Source of the DNA: Magallana gigas
Taxonomy: Eukaryota
DNA: 64,000 nucleotides
Direction of reading: 5' to 3'
Assembly: GCF_963853765.1 (NCBI RefSeq)
Contig: NC_088861.1
Location: 48,980,001-49,044,000, forward strand
The position numbers were made by a program, and so were the translations under genes. Under the pieces are notes generated by a model. The model ran no database searches and had not been told where the DNA came from. It saw nothing but the letters and a program-made list of their open reading frames with translations. Below, one piece after another: positions 22,785 through 34,900 of this stretch (the first letter of the stretch is position 1; each line of letters begins with the position of its first letter).

Positions 22785-24232
22785 GATCACATTGATATTA
22801 ACCTTGTTACTTATTCTAATTATATTATAGGATCAAACAAGTTACTTGATGTGGTGTCAATCACTGGCATTGTGACTGTGTGGCTGCCACGTTCTAAAAG
22901 GAAATACTATTTTGTTTTCTAAAGATTTTAATCTGCATCAGTAACAAAATTGGTCCAAAAAATCAAAGTTGTAAATATATTTTTGTTAGTTTTTTTCCTA
23001 AATGATTTCTTTATATTTTGGAAGAGAAAAACGTTTAAGAATATCAATTTTTGTATTTTTAAAATAGACATTTCCTGCTTAATATCATGAAAATGTATAT
23101 GTTCAGCATTTTATGCTAAAAGCGATTTTAATGTTTGATTTTTCGTGTTAAAAAGCAACGATGAAAGGCAAATTCCAACAAAGTATTTGATTTAAATTTC
23201 TCGGGAACTCCAACTTAATGAAATGTGTCTTACACTTAAAAAGAGGAAGGGAAGGTCTTTTTTTAGAAGTAGACTTAAATTAAAAATGAAATCTGTCGTT
23301 GAACTAATTTGTACCTGTACACTTGTCAAATAAGTCAAATCACATTTTGAGAATAAAAACAAGCAAAATATCAAAATATATTGACAGATTTGAAATAAAA
23401 AAATATACACTCGTCGGATAGAAATGCTTGCATAGCAATTAAGATGTGCTCCTACTCGAGGGATATCATCATGTATAACACGGTATGCTAAGAATTGAAA
23501 GACATTTGTATGTAATGATCATTTTTGATAATCACATGCTTATTCTCTAGACGTTGTGTAAATAATACTTGATTAATAAAAGTATGCAATCAATAGTCTT
23601 TGCATGTTTCTTTGCTCTTTAATCATCTGTATACTACAAAAGGTTATATTTGTACAAATGCACATACATTATTAATAAGTATATAGATTTATTGCTCAAC
23701 ACTAATACGTTTTATTTTGGGGCTTACTCCAAAAATTAAAAACTTGTTATAAATTAAATTAAATTGTCTATATCAATGCAGTTCATACAAAGTTATCCAT
23801 ATCATTTAAATTATCTATTACGAAAAGTTTCATTATTTACCCCAAAGTCGTTAACTAAATACTTTTGACTGAAAAAAAACCCAATAGTTAACTGGCTTCT
23901 GAGTATGACCCAATTTGTCAATAACATTATTGCATTATTGAATTGTTTTTACTACTTGTTAACATTTTAACGCGTTCTAATTAATCATAATAGTATCAAA
24001 TTGATGCATCGCCTTATATAATAATAGTCCCGAATCTATTAAAATACGTGGACCAATCAAAAAAATACGAAGACTTTGGCCATAGCTATGTTATTTAACG
24101 TCTTATAATATCAAATTTAGCAACCATTATTAAGCAATTGTTTCAAACAATTTGAAATAACAAAAGTTCATATATTCCTTTATTTCTAAGAATTATTTAG
24201 AATTTAATCCTGAAAATGAAGTCACGGCGCAT

Positions 24233-24380
24233 CACAGGATGAATCTCTGCCATTCAGTCAACTGAATGTTACTGAATGGTCTGGAAAGGTGACTGAATGG
24301 CACACATATACCATTCAGTCACTTTTCAGCTACCTTTTAGTCACCTTTCAATTGACTGAATGACAGAGATTCATCCTGTG
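24233..24380. mobile_element. 148-bp MITE with CAC...GTG ends and a 3-bp (CAT) TSD, CMC/EnSpm-like
   Basis: CACAGGATGAATCTCTGCCATTCAGTCAACTGAA versus TTCAATTGACTGAATGACAGAGATTCATCCTGTG (34 bp, 2 mismatches); CAT on both flanks. Confidence 0.7.
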
Positions 24381-25798
24381 CATGGTTAAGTTTTGTGTTA
24401 TGTCAACAATAAACCATATTATGTTGAAAGTAATATCTCAGTTAATCAACTAATACTGAAACCTAAAATTACAAATTGTCATGATATTCTATGTACCAAA
24501 TAATGACGGGATATATATACTAGTTGAACAGATATCAGTGACTTAAGACATAAAGTCCTCTTTAAAATTGACTAAAAACGTTGACGTCGCGTGACGTCCC
24601 GGCGCAACGAAAAGTATTAACAGTATGGATTTAACTCGGGAAAAAACCGATAAAAGGTGTGAAAATGGTAATTGGTGGAAAAAAATAAGTCAAAAATTAT
24701 TTGCACATTTCTGTGTAACTCTACCACATTTTGTTTGGGTTGTGGAAAGTGTATTTCGAACATTAATCAGTTCGAAAAAGAGTAGAATATCAGTAAATAT
24801 TTGATAAAAAAAAATAAACAAATAAACAATTTGACAATTAAGGATTTTCTTACTGTAAACGAATAGATATGCGGTAAAAAATAAGAAAATTTCGGAGGAC
24901 TAACTTATAATTTTCAAACAAGTGTGAACAAACTAGATGTCAAGTGATATAGTGCCGATATAAATTGTATGGTGAAATGCATAACAGACTCAGGATAATA
25001 TAAAGATTGGATAATTCTATTAACTGTGCGTGCGTCATTTTGACGTCATGTTTTCAACGTTACCGTGCGCTGTGGTGACAAAACATGTTGTTTTTAAAAT
25101 CGGGTAACAAAAAAAATATTTATATCAAATGGAATGAAACTTTGTATATCAATAAAATATATATCGTTGCCTAAATTAATCTGTTAGTTATGACTTTTAT
25201 GAAAAATACATGGTAGACGGCCCAATTGTCTTCGTATTTTTTTATTGACCCTCGTAGCTCTCATCTTTGACATGTACCAGTGAAATGCCTAATAAAATCA
25301 AACTCTTGCATGAACCTGCATTAATAGCAAACTTCTTGCCGAAATATCCGCTCTATATATATAGCAACAGTCCTGCGATGTTGTGATTTTGATTTATGAA
25401 GGACTTTTTTTGATGAGGTTTGAGTTCTGTCTCTTCTCAAAATGTAGTTTGTGAATTTGAGAAAATTTATCAAACATAAAACAAGTGAAATAAACCACAA
25501 AAATCTAAAACAACATTGGTAAACTTTTGATCTATTTTGGCGTTACTATAAAAGGCTTTTTCAACACATTCTTAAATTCATAAATTAAACATCATACTTC
25601 AATAGCTCGACGTGTAGAGCACAATGTTGCTGTAGATTTTTTTTTAATGAATATCGTCATTTATATAAAAATGTTGTAGTAACAAGCGCGCCTTTGGTTT
25701 AATTTCACATAACTTGTAGGAAATACCCAGTGTTCAAAAGTGCCTTTTAACTAATGAATTCACATGTACGATCTTTATACACACGGTCATGCTGGACC

Positions 25799-26720
25799 CA
25801 CGAACAATTACGCAAGATACACGAACGATTACGTAAGATACACGAACGATTACGTTAGACACACGAACGATTACGTTAGACACACATTACGTTAGACACA
25901 CAAACGATTACGTTAGACACACGAACGATTACGTTAGACACACGAACGATTACGTTAGACACACGAACGATTACGTTAGACACACGAACGACACGAACGA
26001 TTACGTTAGACACACGAACGATTACGTTAGACACACGAACGATTACGTTAGACACACGAACGATTACGTTAGACACACATTACGTTAGACACACAAACGA
26101 TTACGTTAGACACACGAACGATTACGTTAGACACACGAACGATTACGTTAGACACACGAACGATTACGTTAGACACACGAACGACACGAACGATTACGTT
26201 AGACACACGAACGATAACGTTAGACACACGAACGATTACGTTAGACACACGAACGATCACGTTAGACACACGAACGATCACGTTAGACAAACGAACGATT
26301 ACGTTAGACACACATAACGTTAGACACACAAACGATTACGTTAGACACACGTACGATTACGTTAGACACACGAACGATTACGTTAGACACACGAACGATT
26401 ACGTTAGACACACATAACGTTAGACACACAAACGATTACGTTAGACAAACAAACGATTACGTTAGACACACATTACGTTAGACAAACAAACGATTACGTT
26501 AGACACACATTACGTTAGACAAACAAACGATTACGTTAGACAAACAAACGATTACGATAGACACACATTACGTTAGACACACAAACGATTACGTTAGACA
26601 CACATTACGTTAGACAAACAAACGATTACGTTAGACATACAAACGATTACGTTAGACACACAAACGATTACGTTAGACACACGAACGATTACGTACGATA
26701 CACGAACAACTACGCAGGAT
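25799..26720. repeat. 21-bp minisatellite (ACACGAACGATTACGTTAGAC)n, about 44 units
   Basis: Direct tandem array with shortened variants and an internal 193-bp block duplication. Confidence 0.95.
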
Positions 26721-28913
26721 ACACAGTCGATGACTAACTACAAGTTAATACACGATAGAATATTGATAGCGATAATAAAGTGAACACAAATAATTCTACA
26801 CCAACAAATAAGTAAATCAACAAGAAAATTGAAGAAGTAAAAATTGGAAAGTAAAATATACAAATATTGTATAATGTATCGACAACTTATTTTATACGTA
26901 ATTTAGACGTAAACTCTGAGTGCTTAAATGTATGTCCACTTTAGGTTATAATAAGTTAATGATGTTACATCTCTTTTGACATTTATTCATTCAATGAAGT
27001 TTGGTCAAAATAGGAAACTACACCCTAACTTAAGCATGCGTATTTTTTTTTTCAAGACAGGAATTCGCCAAAATATAGAGTACACTTTTCACCTTTAGTG
27101 CATACTAAAATATACGCGTATCCAGATCATAAACGAACAATTATCCTTACTCTTTAAATTGGGTATTTGGCATTTTATCTTGAAAATGCGGCCTAACTTA
27201 TGAATGCACTAAAGAGGTTTTTACACAACTGTATTTGTTTGTTAAATGTTTTGACAAATGCAGAACAAATTACACTCTTGAACTGGCCAATATTAAAATT
27301 CCTAAATAATTATTGCGACATCGTGCACAACAGGAAGTTTTTTAAACCATGAAGATGAAAAGCACTTGAATATCGTCGGTACATAACCTTTTGTAAATAG
27401 TATGTTCATTCTGTGTATGATTTCTTTTCAGACCGAATGACCTTATTCTTAAACTAACTTTTGACAGAATAGGTTCAGAACAGTTCGAGAACGGAGACAC
27501 TGTTGCTATAGTAGGTGTTTTATCATTGCCAACATTGATTTCTTATAAATGATGTGAATATATCTAAAGAACATACTTCAGTACTAGTGAACAAAAATAA
27601 AAATATTTTGATGACATATACGTTACTTTAATAATACTTATATCATTGTCAAAATTTAGAAACTGACTGGACTGGTCTTTCACATTCTTTATCGATTACT
27701 ACATTTATTTGAATATCTTTATGTTTAACAAATACATTATACGTTGTACCTTCTATACCAATAACCTAGTGTGAAGTAAATGAAAAGAAATGAGGGATAG
27801 GTTTGTTTATTCACGTATAATACTCAGTCTTCTTATAATTGAGATAACAGCCATACTCTGTCCGAAGTTTCTGCGTCTACAACATTTTGCTCAATATTTC
27901 CATAATTATAATATTTTTGTGCCCAAACAGCGTTTATCAACTTGACGAAAAAAGTCCTGATTATCTAATTTTCTGTTCTGAAATGCACCCTCTTCTGCCT
28001 TGGATTTCAATACTCAGCCCAAAATAGAAAGTTCAATAGAAAGAAACAAATGGAACATATTCATATTATAGCGATGACAATTTTTGAATAGAGAAATTTT
28101 CTTTATAGTTTTGTTAAGATATTTATTTTCGTTTATATAAACAAATATATACAAATAGATGATGTATCAATGAAGACTTCTAAGATGTTTATTCGTTGAT
28201 CGATTTCAATTCTACTTTATCGATAGGTATTTGTATTTTCATTAAAATTAGTCACAAAGTAATGGAAACAGTTTCCTTTGTCTCAACAACAAATCGTAAT
28301 TTAAATAGAGATAGAAAAACCTTTATCGCAAACACAAAAATATGTTTAAGAATTTCTACAGCATCTCAGTTTGGATATGTATCGTTAGGTTTGACATTTA
28401 ATTCTTAAAGAAAATTTAAAACAAAATAAGAATACTCTTTAAAGCAAACTGAAATTTTAGAAATTTCCAACATCTTAATCTACTGTATCGTATAGTTCTG
28501 ACACACGATAAATGATATATGCAACATTCATTGTCTTAAATAGTATATCATTATTGCACCGGTTGCCAAGTGATTTTTGTCCTTCTTTAAAATTAGATAG
28601 ATTTCTATTTGGTATTTAAATTTACGAATTTCTATGTAGTCACTACGTAGATATATGCAAACCAACAGCCACACAGATAAGGCAAAACAAACCTCTTGAA
28701 AAAAAAGAAAGTATAAAACCGCCTAAGCTTGTAATTGGTATTTTCACTTCCTTTTCATTCAACAGGTTATAATTGCTTTTGTGAATTTACATTCTAAAAG
28801 CTTAATATCTTTCAAGACATTTATGCAGCTTATTTGACTTTAGGTTAAAAAAAATCATATTTCGCCTGTAGGCGCTTTAACAAGATTGATTTGACCTAAC
28901 CAGATCCCTTATC

Positions 28914-31900
28914 ATGTTGTTGCCGCTTGATGACAATCTTTACAAAATAATCGTTTGCAGTTGTCTGTTGAGTTCTACTGCGGCATTTGGTAAGTAAATG
29001 TTTTTTTTATATATATCTTTTATATAATTCTTATAGTTCGAAAATATTTGTATTTCATTCAGCATTAAAAGAGTGGTAATGATGCGGATAGGTGAATTAA
29101 CACAAAAAGTCATCCATACTTTTTAAATTGACCTTACAAATATTTTTTTCCAATATTACTTTATAGTATCAATCAAAGAAGTTACTTATTTATTCTTAGG
29201 TTATAAATACAAACTATGTATTAAGCAGTGTTCAATTCCTAAATAGTAGTAGTGTTTAATATTTGAGAGTAATATGAGATTTTTTTAAGAATACAAAGGA
29301 CACACAAATCTTGTTTTGAATTATAATAACATATTCAAGTGATAAATTGACAGTCAATATTGCACTCAACAAACCGGCATATCAAAATAGACCTTGGGAT
29401 GAAGATGACGCCCAAAATGCAGTAGATGGTCGTAAATCAAACCTATCTTGGAAAGAAGGAGAGTGTTCTATGACGTACGGTGAACAGAACGCCACCTGGT
29501 GGGTGAACCTGACAGGCATCCATAAAATTCATTACATTATCATCTACTACATGAAGAACTATCGTAAGTGGGGTAAAGCTTAAATTTTACTTTTTCTATT
29601 TTACCAACTTTATAGTTAACGTTTCTTCAATAAAAAAAAATCCTAAATAATTTTTTTAAATTTATCAACTAGATGATAGCCCGCTAAAGCGCTGGGAATA
29701 CTTGTTACACTTAAAACTTTTTTGCGATTTGTTAAACCAGAGTTTCTTTGTATATATTGGGTCAACATGTTTTCTTATTTTTTTCCTGTGCTCATTTTTA
29801 AAAACATAAATGAATAAGCTACTGGATGTATATTTAGAGGTGTGAATAGGGATAATAATCTTAACTGAAATTGAATATATGTAGCTTTATTACTATATCT
29901 ATATATTTTTGTAGCTGACTGAAAAACTTCAATCTTTTTAGGCGTTTGTGTGTTTGTTCAATCTGCGGTTAATTGTTTCAACATGATATTTTAGATTTTC
30001 GGATCGTTTGAATAAAAAGTCACAACTTGGTCGCATATACAGGCATGGTGATTTTTTTTAAATCGAGGACGGGGTTTCGTATCTTTTTGCTTTAAATTTG
30101 TTCCTTATGACATTTTTAATAATAATTTTTTAACAATCTCCCAAATAAGATTTCAATATGTTAATTTTGGATAAAAGCCTGCTTTAAAAACAAAAGTGAG
30201 GAAAAGGGCAAACTTCTACTTCCTGGTGCAACATATCAGTTTTATGCATGAATCATTTATTTTAAAAGATTTCATATATACTGTAGAGTTATCAACACAA
30301 TCTGTTCATCTTTTACAAAATAATATTTAAGTTTTACCAAACTTTTGTTTGTGGTCTAAAATAATGTTCTTTCTATCAAAGCTAAAATCGCACATTCGAG
30401 AAAAGAATTGTTGCATTTTATTTATTCAACGTTTGTCAAACTTTAACTTCTATACATGTATATATAAAGGAAAAGAAAAGTTGTTCAGAAATGAAAATTG
30501 GTTTTTGAGCACAGTTAATTACTAATCATGTAAAATTCAATTATGATAGTTTACGGACGTATTGAAATAATAAAAGTGAAGTCAATTACTCTGATCCAGT
30601 CATTCCATTGCTTATTGGCTAAACGTCTTTGTTTGTAATTATAGAAGTACATAAAGCTAGTGATTGAATTATGTTCCATTTAGAAATCAATATTACACAT
30701 GTGACAGATTATATATATGATTATAAATCAGGACACCTATTTAAAAATCGTTGAAGAATTTAATTGTTTTCTTCCCTTATAATCTATGTACACAAAACAA
30801 AATTATATTGTGTGTATTTTAATGTGTATCCATTTGCTTTATGTAGGTACTGTAGTCTGTCCAAAAATATTTATTCTGAACATTTTGGCGATTTAAAAAA
30901 CATTATTACACATACCCGTGATTTAAGTGCAAATGAAATAGATAAAAAGGAATATCTTACTAAACTATTTACTAATTTAATAAAGGCAGTGAATATTTAT
31001 AAGCCCTCGAAAAATAGTTCCTGTCTCAAGTTTGATATATAGCTATCCCAACTATATCCATTGGTTAAGTGTACATTGAATAGGTGTATAATATAGATGA
31101 CTGAATAAATGAGAAATGCTATTTTAAATGACAATCATTTTTTAATATGAAGCTGTTAAAATTAATTGATGATTGCTTGATTATTCAGGAACTGTTGGAT
31201 CTTCTGTGTATGTTTCAAATACAACAGATATATCAGATGGGTTAATGTGCTTCAACGACAGTGACTATACAATAGACACGGTGCCTGCTATTGCTAACAT
31301 TTCATGCTCGACAAAAGCACAATATGTGATATACTATAACGAAAAACGCCCGCAAGTCATGTATCCTCGCTTTAACTATACATTTGCTGCGAATTTCCTT
31401 TGTGAAGTAGAAGCATATGGTAAGATATACTTTATGTTTATTAAATGTTTTTAGGAAAGCATTTAATGTCCATTTATGTTGTACTAAATATCATAAAGGA
31501 CTTATAAATCGCCAAATTAACAGCTTAAATCAGAAAATTAGACATACTAATTTTAAACATGTCCTTTCAACGGTTACCCTCCCAAACAAGCACTATTTAT
31601 TATACTCAATGTCTTATTTTTAATGAAAATGTTTAATGAATATTTCACTGCTTTTATATAGAAATAAACTGAATTCTACGGCGAATTGTACGCGCATAAT
31701 TTACGCGCACGTAACAATTCGTTGTGATACCCGTTGCCAAGTGTGTTGCTAACGCTGAGGGTAATAGAACGATAGAATAGAATATAATAACCAACTGCGT
31801 CTAAACCAATCAGATTTCAGTATTTAACATGAAAGTTTAATAACATTAATTGTTCCTGTTATTTTTATTTCAACACCAAAAAGTGGGCGCTCACGATCTA

Positions 31901-34900
31901 CGTGCCTATTAATTATCAGGCTCATCTGGATAGGGATTACATGTATATATGCGCCTGTGTTAAATACAAATTCAAGTAATAACAACAGTAAATTTTGTGG
32001 ACTATCAATACATTATATTTCTATATATTTCTATCTAAAATATAGTGAAACAATTTTTAAGGAATAAATATATATATATATGATATNNNNNNNNNNNNNN
32101 NNNNNNNNNNNNNNNNNNNNNNNNNNNNNNNNNNNNNNNNNNNNNNNNNNNNNNNNNNNNNNNNNNNNNNNNNNNNNNNNNNNNNNNNNNNNNNNNNNNN
32201 NNNNNNNNNNNNNNNNNGCCCCCCCCCTCTTAAAAAATCAAAAAAATCGATGTTTTCCTATCAAGTAATAACATCTACATTTGACTTCTTTTTTTAGGAA
32301 GGAAGGACAATAAGTATAAATTTATGATTTGATATGTCACCAAGCATGTTTATTCCAAATAAAAAAAGTCCCACTAAGTTCTCCTTTTTAAGCAATAATT
32401 TTAAGGTAATTGAATATATATTGCTTTTAACTTACACTCATTTGGATAAAAGCAATATCAATAATTTTCAATAAGCATTTTTCAATTAGATTGGAAGGAT
32501 TTTCATTATTTTTCATATATTTTTAACTCATTTGAAAAATATCAAGGATCAAATATATCATGAATAATGATGTTTCACATCTCACCGCAAACACAATCCA
32601 TTGTTTTTTTTTTAATAAAAAGTATATACAAGAAGCTTTAAGTACCATCACAACAATTATGCTGTGTATTTTTGTATAGTAAACTAGGTTTTAATACTGA
32701 AAATTTATTTTTTTTAAATATAAGATTAACTTTTTCCAAATGTATTAATATGAAAACGGACAATTTAAAGCTAAAAAAATATCTTAATGCCTTTCACTAA
32801 TATCATATTTTGCTTAGGATGTCCCAATACTGGGTTTTACTACGGAATAGATTGTTGCTCAAATGTTAATTGCCAATACTGTCACATGGACACAGGCACC
32901 TGTCTGGAGTGTAAACCTGGATATATAGGCGACAAGTGTGACATAGGTGATGTATAGACAAGTTTGTTTATCATTAACTTCAATGTTAAGTTCAAGAGGT
33001 CATGAGGAGATTAATTGTTACTATTTAAAAAAAATAAAACTTGCAAATATAAATCTTACTGATATCATTTGATAAACCCTTAGAACTCAAAGATTTTAGT
33101 GATCAAACTTATGACACAAAATAGTTGTATATAGTTTTGAGTTTCTACAATAATTGGTGTCTTCTTGTTTTTGGGCACATGGAAATGATATGGCATTTTC
33201 CAAATGACATCTGATTTATTGAGAGGTCAAGCGATTTTGTGAACTTGAATGTGCAAGTTACAAAAGTATCAATGTTGAATTAACTCTCTGATTTTAAGGA
33301 TTATGCTTTTAAGAATATTACCTGGGGTTTCATATATATTTATATAATAAAATGTTAAGAAATGTTAAAACGCTCAATATTTACTTTTTCCCATTCTTGC
33401 CAACTTTGACTAGTCCTCAAAATGCAGAGTATGTCATTTTGTCTCCAAAACCTACACCTATTTTATCCATTCATTTTTTTTTACCAATGACAACTATATT
33501 CACAAATCGTTTTATGACTTTTAAGCAGTATTAATACTTTATTTTTAGAATGCACAAATGGTAAATATGGAAAACAATGCCATAATGATTGTGGCTATTG
33601 CAGACACATGAACAAGTGTAGTCATATTAATGGGACATGTGTAAAAGGGTGTAAGCCGGGATATAAACAACCCATGTGTACACAAAGTGAGTGGATTGTT
33701 AAAAATTCCAAGCGCAGCTTATCAAAAACATATTTCGAAATATGATATAAATGTTGTCTTTTTTATTTAATCGTACATGGAATTCGGTCAATTTTCTTTC
33801 AACGATTTTTAACCACAAATAACCTTTTTCGACCCTCTCCCCCAATTCTTAATTAAAAGAAGAAGCAATTCATATTGTTTTATCATATAATTTATTTCTA
33901 TTAAACTTTATTAAACCAAATAATCAATCAACAATATCTCACAAATACAACACAAGTTTTATTAAAAAGGGATTGTTTAAAATACCTTCCAGTTGAATAT
34001 AAATGTATGTTATAGTTATGTTTATATCTCTGTTTGTTTTCAACATGTGTATGCATTTGATTTTAATATTCCTTTTGTAATATTTAGATGAACTTTTTTT
34101 ATTGTTACTAGCACAAAGCATTAATATTATAGTTGATTTTTTTTGTTCGTGTTTGAGAATGTGAATTGGGATCATATGGAGATGAATGCAGTGAAACTTG
34201 TGGACACTGTCTAGACGTCCGCCAGTGTTCCAATAGCAATGGGATATGTCTAAAAGGGTGTGATGCTGGGTATCAAGGTGCAATCTGCAAAACACGTGAG
34301 TACATGTTTTTCATATGATGTAAACCAAATTTAATTCGCGCGCGAGAAAAATTTACGTACCCCTCGTCGCAAAAAGTTGTTGCTGCGAATCATACATGAT
34401 CTGTATATATAATCTACATTTTGATCGCGAAAACTAGTCTCCATGAACCAGTTTTTCTCCTATTAATCTTCAATTAAGTAATCGAGAGATATATTGTAAA
34501 TCTATAAGCTTATTTCCATTAGGACTCTGATTAAAAACTGTAGTAGTACTTTTTAACAATTCTGTCTTCACTATTATGCGTAAAATTATATCCTACAGAA
34601 TGCTCTGCACGAAGGTATGGGGAGGCTTGTCAGCTTCATTGCGGTTACTGTAAAAACATGATAAAATGCCACCACGTAGATGGGACGTGTAAAAACGGAT
34701 GTGAACCAGGATTCATAGGAGATAAGTGTAAAACAGGTGCGCCGAAAATGTTACCGAACAAATTATATTTCTCATTTTATTTTATAGAGACACTCACTTT
34801 TCAAAAGTTGTTTTGTAGCTCATTTTCAATTTTGTTTCATTTGCATCACGCTTTCTCTTTTTTATAATAAAAAAATGACTCTTTAAGTAGACATACCTCA

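Noticed and set aside
25876-26329. ORFs of SNVIVRV repeats
   Set aside because: The 21-bp unit is a multiple of 3 and happens to lack stops on one strand; a minisatellite artefact.
32080-32268. ORF with a poly-X stretch
   Set aside because: It spans the assembly gap.
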